The notes: generated from the letters alone by a model not told the origin. Shown: positions 8,360-16,693, counted from the stretch's first letter. The stretch: 20,000 nt of DNA from an uncultured virus (IMG/VR IMGVR_UViG_3300027751_000014) (IMGVR_UViG_3300027751_000014); one strand, 5' to 3'. Made by a program: numbers and translations.

Positions 8360-8487
8360 TACTAGTGTTTAATGAGATCCATTATAAAAGATAAATAATA
8401 GTCTCAGAGCACAGCTCTGAAAATATAAAACTGTGTACAAAATTGTGGATTGAAAACGAATAAATAAAATTGGTAATAGGAAAACAT

Positions 8488-9078
8488 ATGATGAATAAGC
8501 TACTCCTACTTTTAATAACAATGTTGCTTTTGACAATTTCAACTACTATGTTTGGTCAACAGCTAGATACTCCGCCTCAAGAAGAATCGGTTACAGCGTT
8601 GGACAAAATGCTAGTGGTATATGAGCAGAAGAAAGCTGAAAATGCTTCAGGACTATCTCCTGAATCCGAACGGCGCCGGCTGCAAAGTGAAATAATTGAC
8701 CTCAAAGTAGAAAAAGATCAACTAACATCTAGAGTAGAATATTTAAAGGCAGAGCTAACGAAGCAACAACGCCCCGTTAGCAATGCTGGGGTTTGTTCTA
8801 AAGAGACAACCTGTATCCCGGCTAAAGAAGTAGAACGCGAAAAGATTACATCACATCTCGTATATAGTCTCAGTCTATACAGATTAGCAGAACTAACTGA
8901 CACAAACTTACCAATCGGCAAGAAATACGTCGAAGCACATACTGCGGCACAGAGAGTAATGCAAAGTGCGATGGGGGATTTAAACCTCTTAGGCTTCGAC
9001 ACATCAGACCCAAATGAATTTCCAAGCCTGGAAGAACTAATTAAGGCTATGGAAATCTCACACGAAGCTCATCGTTAA
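8488..9078 (+). CDS. exported or membrane-anchored coiled-coil protein
   Basis: N-terminal MMNKLLLLLITMLLLTISTTMFG signal or TM segment, a heptad-rich centre and a Cys pair. Confidence 0.7.
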   Translation: MMNKLLLLLITMLLLTISTTMFGQQLDTPPQEESVTALDKMLVVYEQKKAENASGLSPESERRRLQSEIIDLKVEKDQLTSRVEYLKAELTKQQRPVSNAGVCSKETTCIPAKEVEREKITSHLVYSLSLYRLAELTDTNLPIGKKYVEAHTAAQRVMQSAMGDLNLLGFDTSDPNEFPSLEELIKAMEISHEAHR

Positions 9079-9115
9079 AATTATATACATATATTTTAAT
9101 TGAAAGGGATGTGAA

Positions 9116-9505
9116 ATGGAAGAAACATTGGAAAAAATAGACTTAAGGGCACTCATAAAATATGCAGCCACCACCATAGGAATATTATCTGTATTGCTAG
9201 GTAGCTTTGTGTGGATAGAAGACAGATACGTTAATGAAAGTGAATATGTAAGGCACATAGGTTCTCAACGAGATAAATTACTTGGATTAGAAAATAAAGT
9301 AGGCACACTTATAAGTTCAATTGAAGAAGACAGAGATCGAGAATATAACGAAATAATAAAAGAGATTAAAGACGGAAAAATATTTACGTTAGTTGTGCAA
9401 CGAGACATTTTACTAAGTAGAGGTAGAGAAAACCTAACAGCTACGGAATTAGCTGAACTAGATGTATTGAATATAAAGCTAAAAGAGTTGAACGCAACAC
9501 CATAA
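9116..9505 (+). CDS. single-TM membrane protein with a coiled-coil C-terminus
   Basis: Hydrophobic segment YAATTIGILSVLLGSFVWI; AT-rich coding sequence. Confidence 0.7.
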   Translation: MEETLEKIDLRALIKYAATTIGILSVLLGSFVWIEDRYVNESEYVRHIGSQRDKLLGLENKVGTLISSIEEDRDREYNEIIKEIKDGKIFTLVVQRDILLSRGRENLTATELAELDVLNIKLKELNATP

Positions 9506-9532
9506 AAAAGATAAGACAATAATAAGAACTTA

Positions 9533-9558
9533 GGCGCGGCTTCGGTCGCGCTTTTTTT
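9533..9558 (+). terminator. rho-independent terminator
   Basis: GGCGCGGC-TTCG-GTCGCGCT stem with a C(UUCG)G loop, followed by a T run. Confidence 0.92.
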
Positions 9559-9561
9559 GCC

Positions 9562-9590
9562 TTGACATTGTGTCCGTTTTATGTTAGAAT
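9562..9590 (+). promoter_or_regulatory. sigma70 promoter
   Basis: TTGACA 9562-9567, 17 bp, TGT-TAGAAT with the -10 at 9585-9590, immediately after the terminator. Confidence 0.8.
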
Positions 9591-9626
9591 ATGTTATATC
9601 ACGTAGTTTGAACGATAAATAATACG

Positions 9627-9902
9627 ATGAGACAATTAGCTAAATCCACATTAGATAGATTGAAGCGCACACAGAATGAAAGAAAGAAGTACGTGCCATA
9701 TTGCTATGTGGATGAGATGACATGGACGTCAGTTCCTGTGAAAAAATTTGAAGATCGGATTTCTACCGCCGAGCGGAGTAACTATATCCAAATTTTAGCA
9801 TGGGCGAAAGAAAACTGCAAAGGTGCTTACAGCAGAGATCATGAATTTTTCTGGTTCAAAGACGGAAAAGATGCATTTGTTTTTAGATTAAAATGGGGAT
9901 GA
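9627..9902 (+). CDS. hypothetical phage protein
   Basis: 91-aa ORF downstream of a promoter. Its C-terminal WAKENCKG...FWFKDGKDAFVFRLKWG pattern resembles small proteins of large myoviruses. Confidence 0.7.
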   Translation: MRQLAKSTLDRLKRTQNERKKYVPYCYVDEMTWTSVPVKKFEDRISTAERSNYIQILAWAKENCKGAYSRDHEFFWFKDGKDAFVFRLKWG

Positions 9903-9903
9903 G

Positions 9904-10128
9904 ATGAAACGCCAACCGAAAGATCGCAACTATGTCAAGAAGTATATGGATAAGCAAACCAAACCAGCTACCCATGCAGACAAGACTAAGTATGCAAGGA
10001 AAGAGAAGTACAAGAATGTAGTCGAGCCTGAGGATGATGCTTGGGACGATTATGAAGATGTTTTAGAACACGGTTCTAAGGCAGAAATGCGCCATTTTAT
10101 GGAATACATAGATGATGAGCAGGACTAG
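9904..10128 (+). CDS. hypothetical protein (basic N-half, acidic C-half)
   Basis: 74-aa ORF packed tightly between its neighbours. Confidence 0.65.
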   Translation: MKRQPKDRNYVKKYMDKQTKPATHADKTKYARKEKYKNVVEPEDDAWDDYEDVLEHGSKAEMRHFMEYIDDEQD

Positions 10129-10691
10129 TGTTAGTCTTTGTCTTACATGAGTTTGCGCAAACAGCGGAAGGCTCCGCAGCGGTACAGCAGATCGTTAAAA
10201 CGTGCTCTAACGATGACAGCGTCTGGTTCACACCTACGTATCCTACAAACAATCCGCACCTAGCCCATATATTCCTAACCGACCTAGTTCGCAAAGAAAT
10301 CGCAGACCACAACGACTATAACATTTTGTTTATAGGCGTTCAGCTTGGTGGATTTTGGGCACGCCACTTAGCACGAATTTTCCCACCAGCAAAAATAGCA
10401 CTACTCAACCCCACCATTTACCCATGGCGTGAGCTACAAAACTTTGTAGGCATGAACACAAACAAAGGCAACGGCACAAGGTTTGAACTGGCGATTGGCG
10501 ATGTACGAACATTTGAAATTTATAGGGTCGATCAGGATCGCAGCGATCAACAAGGCGTAGTGATTCAAAATAACACATTGGGCTTTGATGATAAAACACG
10601 ACTGAAGATGTACATGATGGAAGGGACAACGATTACTGACGATGAGATAAATATCGTGTACGAAGAATTTTTTGAGAAAGAAGAAATATGA
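10128..10691 (+). CDS. YqiA/YcfP-like alpha/beta-hydrolase-fold protein, probably catalytically inactive
   Basis: FVLHEF (cf. YLHGF), FIGVQLGGFWA (cf. GSSLGGYYA) and LLNPTIYP (cf. VNPAVRP). Confidence 0.7.
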   Translation: MLVFVLHEFAQTAEGSAAVQQIVKTCSNDDSVWFTPTYPTNNPHLAHIFLTDLVRKEIADHNDYNILFIGVQLGGFWARHLARIFPPAKIALLNPTIYPWRELQNFVGMNTNKGNGTRFELAIGDVRTFEIYRVDQDRSDQQGVVIQNNTLGFDDKTRLKMYMMEGTTITDDEINIVYEEFFEKEEI

Positions 10692-10879
10692 AAAGATATA
10701 TTTTAATCTTAGTAGCAGCATTTTTAATATCGTGTTCAGCAACGACCAGCCTACCGACGGCAGGCACAATGACTACAGGGGAAGTGACTAGCACACCTCG
10801 ACAATATCAAGAATTTTGTGAACGAGACACGGACAATATTTGTCCAGAGGAGGAGAGTGAGCCAGACCCTAACGACTGA
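10688..10879 (+). CDS. small lipoprotein corresponding to the N-terminal part of a BTLCP/C93 protease
   Basis: Lipoprotein signal MKRYILILVAAFLISC. MTTGEVTSTPRQYQEFCERDTDNIC resembles the N-terminal TSxPxxxxxFCxxxPxxC segment of BTLCPs. Confidence 0.7.
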   Translation: MKRYILILVAAFLISCSATTSLPTAGTMTTGEVTSTPRQYQEFCERDTDNICPEEESEPDPND

Positions 10880-11276
10880 TTTGTGGGAATCCTTGTGTCG
10901 AATCCAACAAGCAGTCAATAAAGACATCCGATACGTCGTAGATTCAAAACTATATGAACAAGAGGACTATTGGACTGTGGTTGAAGGTAAAGGCCGCGGC
11001 GACTGCGATGATTACGCCCTAACCAAAATTAAACGGTTGGTTGCTGAGACAAAGTGGGACAGAGAAAATCTTGCTGTGGCAATTTGCTTTACAGAAGATG
11101 AAAAGGGTAGACCAGGCAAAGGTGTTGGCCATGCCGTGTGCGTAGCTAGGACAAATCGAGGCGATTTTGTGTTAGACAACAGATACAAAGATGTGAAAGC
11201 ATACGATGAATTACCTTACCGCTGGGTTAAGATGGAAGATTTCACCAACAAATGTTGGGTAATAATTAACAGCTAA
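10857..11276 (+). CDS. transglutaminase-like cysteine protease (BTLCP / peptidase C93, LapG-like) catalytic domain
   Basis: EDYW, GDCDDYALTK (Cys), GHAVC (His) and FVLDNR (Asp). Probable GTG start at 10857 after GAGGAGG. Confidence 0.88.
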   Translation: MSQTLTTDLWESLCRIQQAVNKDIRYVVDSKLYEQEDYWTVVEGKGRGDCDDYALTKIKRLVAETKWDRENLAVAICFTEDEKGRPGKGVGHAVCVARTNRGDFVLDNRYKDVKAYDELPYRWVKMEDFTNKCWVIINS

Positions 11277-11361
11277 GTTATTGATTTTCTTACAGTTCTT
11301 GTAAGTTACTGATTTCCTTGAAGATTTAGTGCTTGACAAAAGATGTATTTTCGCTTATACT
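11274..11361 (+). promoter_or_regulatory. sigma70 promoter with two upstream IHF-like boxes
   Basis: TAAGTTATTGATT 11274-11286 and TAAGTTACTGATT 11302-11314; TTGACA 11333-11338, 17 bp, TATACT 11356-11361. Confidence 0.85.
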
Positions 11362-11393
11362 ATAGATAATGAGAAAGTAGATAGGAGATGGTG

Positions 11394-11660
11394 ATGAAAA
11401 CCGATAGAGAAATCCTGTTAGAAACGATGGCCCAGATCAAAGTTCTTGAAGCGAAGATTGCAGAAATCACTGACAGAGAACAGGCCGAGCGAGAAGCTTC
11501 TTGCAACCATCGGATAATTATAACGAGGCGTACCGAAGAAGATTGGCAACCTCACACTATTTACACTTATGAACAGGAGATTTGCACGAAGTGCAACAGA
11601 ACTTTCCGAACCCGGAATATTACTAACGTACCTGGTGAATGGATAGAAAATAAGAAGTAG
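11394..11660 (+). CDS. small hypothetical protein, possible Zn-binding (CNH...CTKC)
   Basis: AGGAG at 11383-11387 favours ATG 11394; coiled-coil N-terminus. Confidence 0.7.
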   Translation: MKTDREILLETMAQIKVLEAKIAEITDREQAEREASCNHRIIITRRTEEDWQPHTIYTYEQEICTKCNRTFRTRNITNVPGEWIENKK

Positions 11661-11673
11661 ATGGGAGACAACA

Positions 11674-11907
11674 ATGAGCGACCAACTGCATTTAGATTTA
11701 GATGAATTAGTTGATATTGATGAAGGCACGAAGTGCTGGAACTGCGGCAAAGGAAGATACGCCCGGCGCTCCCTAAACGATGAATGGTACGGTAACATAA
11801 CTTGCGATAACTGCTATCACCAAATTGACTCCACCCAGCGCAGGATTGAAATGCCCACCAAGAAACAGATTGCGGCATGGCGCAAAGAATACAGGGAACT
11901 GAAATAA
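11674..11907 (+). CDS. small zinc-ribbon protein
   Basis: CWNC...CDNC pairs; RBS GGGAG. Confidence 0.7.
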   Translation: MSDQLHLDLDELVDIDEGTKCWNCGKGRYARRSLNDEWYGNITCDNCYHQIDSTQRRIEMPTKKQIAAWRKEYRELK

Positions 11908-11910
11908 TAC

Positions 11911-11939
11911 TTGACATTACTGTTTAATGGTGTTATACT
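11911..11939 (+). promoter_or_regulatory. sigma70 promoter of the NAD salvage operon
   Basis: TTGACA 11911-11916, 17 bp, TGT-TATACT with the -10 at 11934-11939. Confidence 0.85.
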
Positions 11940-11960
11940 GTTGATAGTAGGTAAATAAAA

Positions 11961-12026
11961 GTACAAAGAGATAGACTTTTTGTACGCGGTTAGAAGCTAA
12001 CTGCAAAGACGATACGGAGGGTATCG
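11961..12026 (+). promoter_or_regulatory. structured 5' leader of three tandem hairpins, the last enclosing the RBS
   Basis: GTACAAAGAG-ATAGA-CTTTTTGTAC; GCGGTTAG-AAG-CTAACTGC; CGATAC-GGAGG-GTATCG, ending two nt before ATG 12029. Confidence 0.65.
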
Positions 12027-12028
12027 AA

Positions 12029-13075
12029 ATGCGTAAATACAAATTAGCCGTATTCATCGGCAGGATGCAGCCACTACACAACGGGCACGTCCAAAACATA
12101 AACAAAGCTTTAGAAATTGCAGACCAGGTTCTTGTGGTCTTAGGCTCGTCCAATGAGCCGCGCACAATCAAAAATCCCTTTACAGTTGAAGAACGCACAG
12201 CCCAAATAGAATCTCTTTGGGGCACCAAAGCCGAAGGAAATTGGCGAGTGCGGGTAGCATCTGTTGAAGATGACCTATACCAAGAAACAAAATGGCTGGA
12301 GGCTGTCCAAGCCGCAGTCCACAACTGGGAAACAAACGACGAGGACATTACAATCCTCGGTCATGAAAAAGATGATTCCAGCTACTACCTAAAAAGCTTC
12401 CCGACCTGGGACTTTACGACTATTGGTGCATACGCTGAGGCTGGCGGCACTGCAATTGACGCAACGAAGATACGCGAACTATATTTTGAAGGACATTTTA
12501 GCTACATAAAATCGGCACTGCCAGTGTCAGTTTACGAGACGCTGATGACCTTCAAAGACACTGAGGCATACGCCCAGCTTGTTAAAGAATTCAATTACAT
12601 CCGCACGTACAAAACTGCATGGGCGCACACGCCATATCCTGTGACATTTTTCACCACAGACGCAGTTGTAATACAGGGCGGACACATCCTACTTATTAGG
12701 CGGCGCGCAGAACCAGGCAAGGGTCTCTGGGCACTTCCTGGCGGCTTCCTCGGTCAAGACGAGACTGCGTTTGATAGCGCAATACGCGAACTGAAGGAAG
12801 AAACCAGATTGAAGGTGCCGGAAGCAGTGTTGCGCGGATCATGCAAAGCCCGCAAACTGTTTGACCACCCTAGCAGGTCATTACGTGGTCGCACAATTAC
12901 ACAAGCGTTTTTGTTTGACCTACCCGACCAGCCCTCACTGCCAAAAGTGAAAGGCGGCGACGATGCGGAAACAGCAAAGTGGTTCGCGCTAGACACAGTT
13001 AAGAACATGTCTCACTCGCTGTTTGAGGACCACAAGTCAATCATCAACATGCTTACAACGAGGGCTGACCAATGA
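12029..13075 (+). CDS. nadM: bifunctional NMN adenylyltransferase / ADP-ribose pyrophosphatase (NadM-Nudix)
   Basis: GRMQPLHNGH (HxGH), KNPFTVEER, GHEKDDSSYYL, DATKIRE, and Nudix box GGFLGQDETAFDSAIRELKEET. Confidence 0.95.
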   Translation: MRKYKLAVFIGRMQPLHNGHVQNINKALEIADQVLVVLGSSNEPRTIKNPFTVEERTAQIESLWGTKAEGNWRVRVASVEDDLYQETKWLEAVQAAVHNWETNDEDITILGHEKDDSSYYLKSFPTWDFTTIGAYAEAGGTAIDATKIRELYFEGHFSYIKSALPVSVYETLMTFKDTEAYAQLVKEFNYIRTYKTAWAHTPYPVTFFTTDAVVIQGGHILLIRRRAEPGKGLWALPGGFLGQDETAFDSAIRELKEETRLKVPEAVLRGSCKARKLFDHPSRSLRGRTITQAFLFDLPDQPSLPKVKGGDDAETAKWFALDTVKNMSHSLFEDHKSIINMLTTRADQ

Positions 13076-13419
13076 GATTTGGTGAAACGGTATATGCAGT
13101 GACGGCACTTGGTGTAGTTAAGGCACGTGTGGTAGGTCACACTACGAACATACGTAGCATATTGAAAGAATACAAACTGATGATGCATATTAACGACAAC
13201 GTAATGCAAGGAAGCTTGGAACGTTGGAAGAAGGAAGAAGTGTTTGCTACGAGGCGTGAAGCTGACAAGCTATATTTTAAACACAATTTGGCAAACACCA
13301 CAGACACATTGTTTAAGACTGAGGGACAGAAGCAAGCAGAACGTAAGGCTCGCGAAGTAGAAATGCAACTAATATTGGAAGCGCAGAATCCCAGTCAATA
13401 TACGTGGAGCAAGAAATGA
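13072..13419 (+). CDS. hypothetical protein
   Basis: ATGA overlap with the nadM stop; 115 aa. Confidence 0.7.
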   Translation: MRFGETVYAVTALGVVKARVVGHTTNIRSILKEYKLMMHINDNVMQGSLERWKKEEVFATRREADKLYFKHNLANTTDTLFKTEGQKQAERKAREVEMQLILEAQNPSQYTWSKK

Positions 13420-13931
13420 ACGTACAAGAACTAAAAACTTTTATGAAGAATCAGGCACACCTCATGCGGCATTTGCACGGAGTTGATGATGCTACTGCAA
13501 AACGCTGGACAGAAGCAGAAGCCGCGGTTCTAGGATTAACCGAGACAAGCGGCGAAAAGTTAGCGAAGTATTTACGCCTTTTGCAATGGTTAACGCTTCC
13601 AACGTACGATTCGGTTGAGGCTGGTCACGAAGTAATGTCGAAGATGTGTGAGCCAGGTTCAGTCATAAGATTCATCGTAAATATTCCGAAGCCAATTGTA
13701 GAAAGAAAGGTTCGTCCAGACGGAACTGAATATGATGAGGTGCAAGAATACTGTGCATATCGAATTCATCGCGGACATTGGCAACGAGATGAACACGGTG
13801 TATTCAGTGTTTTTGTATCCCACGTAGATTTTGCAATATCTCCAACAGATTTAAGTGATGCGCGGCGCGCAGCAATTATAGAGCTTGGCGAAAAGCATAT
13901 ATTAGAACATGAGAAAGGAGAACAGAAATGA
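13416..13931 (+). CDS. hypothetical protein
   Basis: ATG at 13416 overlaps the upstream TGA; GGAG at 13406-13409. Confidence 0.7.
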   Translation: MNVQELKTFMKNQAHLMRHLHGVDDATAKRWTEAEAAVLGLTETSGEKLAKYLRLLQWLTLPTYDSVEAGHEVMSKMCEPGSVIRFIVNIPKPIVERKVRPDGTEYDEVQEYCAYRIHRGHWQRDEHGVFSVFVSHVDFAISPTDLSDARRAAIIELGEKHILEHEKGEQK

Positions 13932-14125
13932 CTATTGCAACAATTGTAGTAAGCAAAGAACAGCTAACGAAGATTATTGAAGCCCACTATAATGCGCAAG
14001 GTCTTAAAACGTTAGGTGTTAGTATTAACGTAGGAATGACATATCCTGAACGTAGCGAGCAGACAATAGCAACGTTTAAAAATGTTGAAGTGAAAGTTGA
14101 ATTAGGTAACGTAAAAGCCCTGTAA
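13928..14125 (+). CDS. small hypothetical protein
   Basis: ATGA overlap, AAAGGAG RBS; 65 aa. Confidence 0.7.
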   Translation: MTIATIVVSKEQLTKIIEAHYNAQGLKTLGVSINVGMTYPERSEQTIATFKNVEVKVELGNVKAL

Positions 14126-14155
14126 TAGAACAGGCATATTTGTAAGGAGTTTACA

Positions 14156-15658
14156 ATGAGCATTTTAAATGAAATTAGAGAAACATATGGCGTTGCTGGC
14201 GATACAGACAGCTACAAATTTTCGCACCCTGCACAGTATGTAGAAGGTGCTGACAAGCTGATGAGCTACATTGAGAGCAGAGGCGGCGATTATAAAGAAG
14301 TGGTATTCTTCGGATTGCAGCTAATCCTCAAAGAATACTTCCTGGAAAGAATGACCCACAAACAAGTGGACAACATCATCGCCTTCCAGCGTGAACACCT
14401 ATTTGGTGTAGAAATTGACAAGCTTGAGGTTGCGCTACGAGCAGTAGTTGACGACTACGACGGCTACATGCCGCTGCGAATCAAAGCAGTCCAAGAAGGC
14501 ACAGTGGTTCCTACGGGCAACGTGTTGGTGACAGTTGAGACGACCGTGGAAGATCCGCGCGTATTCTCGCTGGTCACATACATGGAAACCAAGCTGATGA
14601 GGCTCTGGTCACCTACAACGGTTGCAACGACATCCTACCACATTAAAAAGATCATCTACAACGCACTGAAGCGCACAGCCGACGACGCTGATGCAGAAAT
14701 CGGTTTTAAACTGCATGACTTTGGTTCACGTGGTGTGAGTAGTTTGGAAACCGCTGCATTTGCAGGTGCTGCTCACCTTGTAAACTTCCTCGGAAGCGAT
14801 ACGACAGTGGGTATTATGGCTGCGAACATCGGCTATAACACGCAAATGGCTGGCTACAGCATTCCTGCTACAGAACATAGCACGACCACAAGCTTTGGAC
14901 GCCACGGCGAAGAGGCACTGGTGCAGCGTATGTTTGACAACTTTGCAAAACCTGGCGCAATTTTCGCTACGGTCGCTGACAGTTACGACATTATGAACTT
15001 TGTGGAAACGATTGCTCCCAAGTTTAAGAAGCAGTTACGCGAAAGCGGCGCGACTTGGGTCATCCGTCCTGACAGCGGCGATGCAGTTGAGACCCCTGTC
15101 GAATTGGTGCGCAGGTTGTCCAGGATCTTTGGATTTACGTACAACAAGAAAGGCTTTAAAGTTCTTGACGGTGTGCGCGTGATCCAAGGTGACGGCATTG
15201 ACATTAACGATGTGCGAGCAATTGTTGAGAAGCTGGAAGCTGAACAGTTTAGCATTAGCAACATTGCGTTTGGTATGGGCGGCGGCTTGCTGCAAAAAAA
15301 TAACAGGGACACCCTCAAGTTTGCGATGAAGGCTTGCGCGGTTCATGTTGACGGTGTGTGGCATGATGTGTACAAAGATCCGACTATCTACGATGCAACA
15401 AGCTGGAAGCCCCTCGCTTCAAGTTTTAAGAAGTCCAAAGCTGGTCGCTTGGAATTGCTGTACAACGGTACAGACTACAAGACAGTGCGAGTTGAGGAAG
15501 TTGCTGAATACGTAGCTGACGGTTACAAGGCAATGCTTGAGACTGTATACGATCATGGCAAGCTTGTGCGAGACATGAACTTTGAGCAGGTGCGCGAAAA
15601 CGCAAAACTGCCTGAGGAACGTGTACACACTGCAAAGGTTGAAAGCGAGGTGGCGTAA
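14156..15658 (+). CDS. nadV: nicotinamide phosphoribosyltransferase (NAMPT)
   Basis: DTDSYKFSH, VFFGLQ, KLHDFGSRG, SIPATEHS, VADSYD, VIRPDSGD, IQGDGI and FGMGGGLLQ. Confidence 0.95.
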   Translation: MSILNEIRETYGVAGDTDSYKFSHPAQYVEGADKLMSYIESRGGDYKEVVFFGLQLILKEYFLERMTHKQVDNIIAFQREHLFGVEIDKLEVALRAVVDDYDGYMPLRIKAVQEGTVVPTGNVLVTVETTVEDPRVFSLVTYMETKLMRLWSPTTVATTSYHIKKIIYNALKRTADDADAEIGFKLHDFGSRGVSSLETAAFAGAAHLVNFLGSDTTVGIMAANIGYNTQMAGYSIPATEHSTTTSFGRHGEEALVQRMFDNFAKPGAIFATVADSYDIMNFVETIAPKFKKQLRESGATWVIRPDSGDAVETPVELVRRLSRIFGFTYNKKGFKVLDGVRVIQGDGIDINDVRAIVEKLEAEQFSISNIAFGMGGGLLQKNNRDTLKFAMKACAVHVDGVWHDVYKDPTIYDATSWKPLASSFKKSKAGRLELLYNGTDYKTVRVEEVAEYVADGYKAMLETVYDHGKLVRDMNFEQVRENAKLPEERVHTAKVESEVA

Positions 15659-16518
15659 TGAACGCTCTAAAAACAAAACAGTTCACAAACGGTTTTGTAT
15701 CAGTTGTGCAATTGAATGACAATTTGCTGATTGAAACAACCTCGACCTGCTTACCTGGTCAAACTGAGGTGCGTAATACCCACCGCAAAGACAACAAAGT
15801 GGATGCTAATGCCTTCTCGATTCAAAACTGGAAGGAGAAGTGGACGGTAGGCATTAGCACACAGTCTGGTTGCCCAATCAAATGCAAATTTTGTGCGGTC
15901 AACCGCTTGACGGATAAGCAACACTGGCGTAATCTTACTGCCCAAGAAATGGTAGACCAAGTAACGTATGCGATTGCGGAAGCACAAAAGATCAACGGTG
16001 GTCTTGATCCAAACGACAGCGGAATTTTTAGGGTGTTGTTTACGAGGATGGGCGAGCCTGCGATGAACATAGATGAAGTTGTGCAGGCAGTTAATCGCAT
16101 CAAGGTAATGTTCCCGAAAGCTCGCATCCAAGTTTCCACTATTGGTATTCCAAGGTCAGTAGAACTGGTAGATCAATTGATGGTGCTTGAAGAAATATAC
16201 GGAAACGATTGGTTAGAGCTGCAATTTAGTATCCACAGCACAGACGACGAATACCGCAAGTGGCTACAGTCTATTACAGTTATGTCCAATGAAGACATTG
16301 GCAAGTTGGCAGCATCTTGGTACTACAGGTTCCCAAACCGCCCTTGGAAAGCAACGCTGAATTTTGCTCTTGCTGAAGGCACACCATTTGACGCCAACCA
16401 CCTAAGAACACAGTTTGATCCTAAGACCGTGTTCATTAAGGTGTCGCCAATAAACGAAAACCCTGTCTCCGATGAAAATTCATTGAAGACATTATTTACA
16501 TACGAGAACACAATCTAA
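15658..16518 (+). CDS. RlmN/Cfr-like (class A) radical SAM protein lacking the C-terminal AACGQ segment
   Basis: ISTQSGCPIKCKFC (CxxxCxxC at 15871-15894), RNLTAQEMVDQV, RMGEP, VSTIGI and LQFSIHS. TAATG coupling to nadV. Confidence 0.88.
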   Translation: MNALKTKQFTNGFVSVVQLNDNLLIETTSTCLPGQTEVRNTHRKDNKVDANAFSIQNWKEKWTVGISTQSGCPIKCKFCAVNRLTDKQHWRNLTAQEMVDQVTYAIAEAQKINGGLDPNDSGIFRVLFTRMGEPAMNIDEVVQAVNRIKVMFPKARIQVSTIGIPRSVELVDQLMVLEEIYGNDWLELQFSIHSTDDEYRKWLQSITVMSNEDIGKLAASWYYRFPNRPWKATLNFALAEGTPFDANHLRTQFDPKTVFIKVSPINENPVSDENSLKTLFTYENTI

Positions 16519-16528
16519 GGAGAATGAA

Positions 16529-16678
16529 ATGAAACAGGTAAATGAAATTGTGAATGAAATTGAAGAAGCTGGTTTTGAAGGTGCAGTAGCAATCGCAACC
16601 GAAGCCGAAGTCCAAGCAGGTGCCGCCTGCGGACAGATGTGCCTGGTTACAGAAGCACTAGAAACCCAGGAAGACTAA
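16529..16678 (+). CDS. 49-aa acidic peptide carrying the RlmN-type AACGQ motif (not in the ORF track)
   Basis: Translation MKQVNEIVNEIEEAGFEGAVAIATEAEVQAGAACGQMCLVTEALETQED*. Own RBS TAAGGAG at 16516-16522; different frame from the upstream gene; followed by a terminator. Confidence 0.85.
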   Translation: MKQVNEIVNEIEEAGFEGAVAIATEAEVQAGAACGQMCLVTEALETQED

Positions 16679-16693
16679 CATCTTGGCTGAACG

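Noticed and set aside
16516..16532. Stop-codon readthrough joining the radical SAM ORF and the AACGQ peptide; also the ATG-AAA-TGA minigene at 16524-16532
   Set aside because: The peptide is in a different frame, so readthrough cannot fuse them. The minigene ATG is too close to the RBS and is probably incidental.
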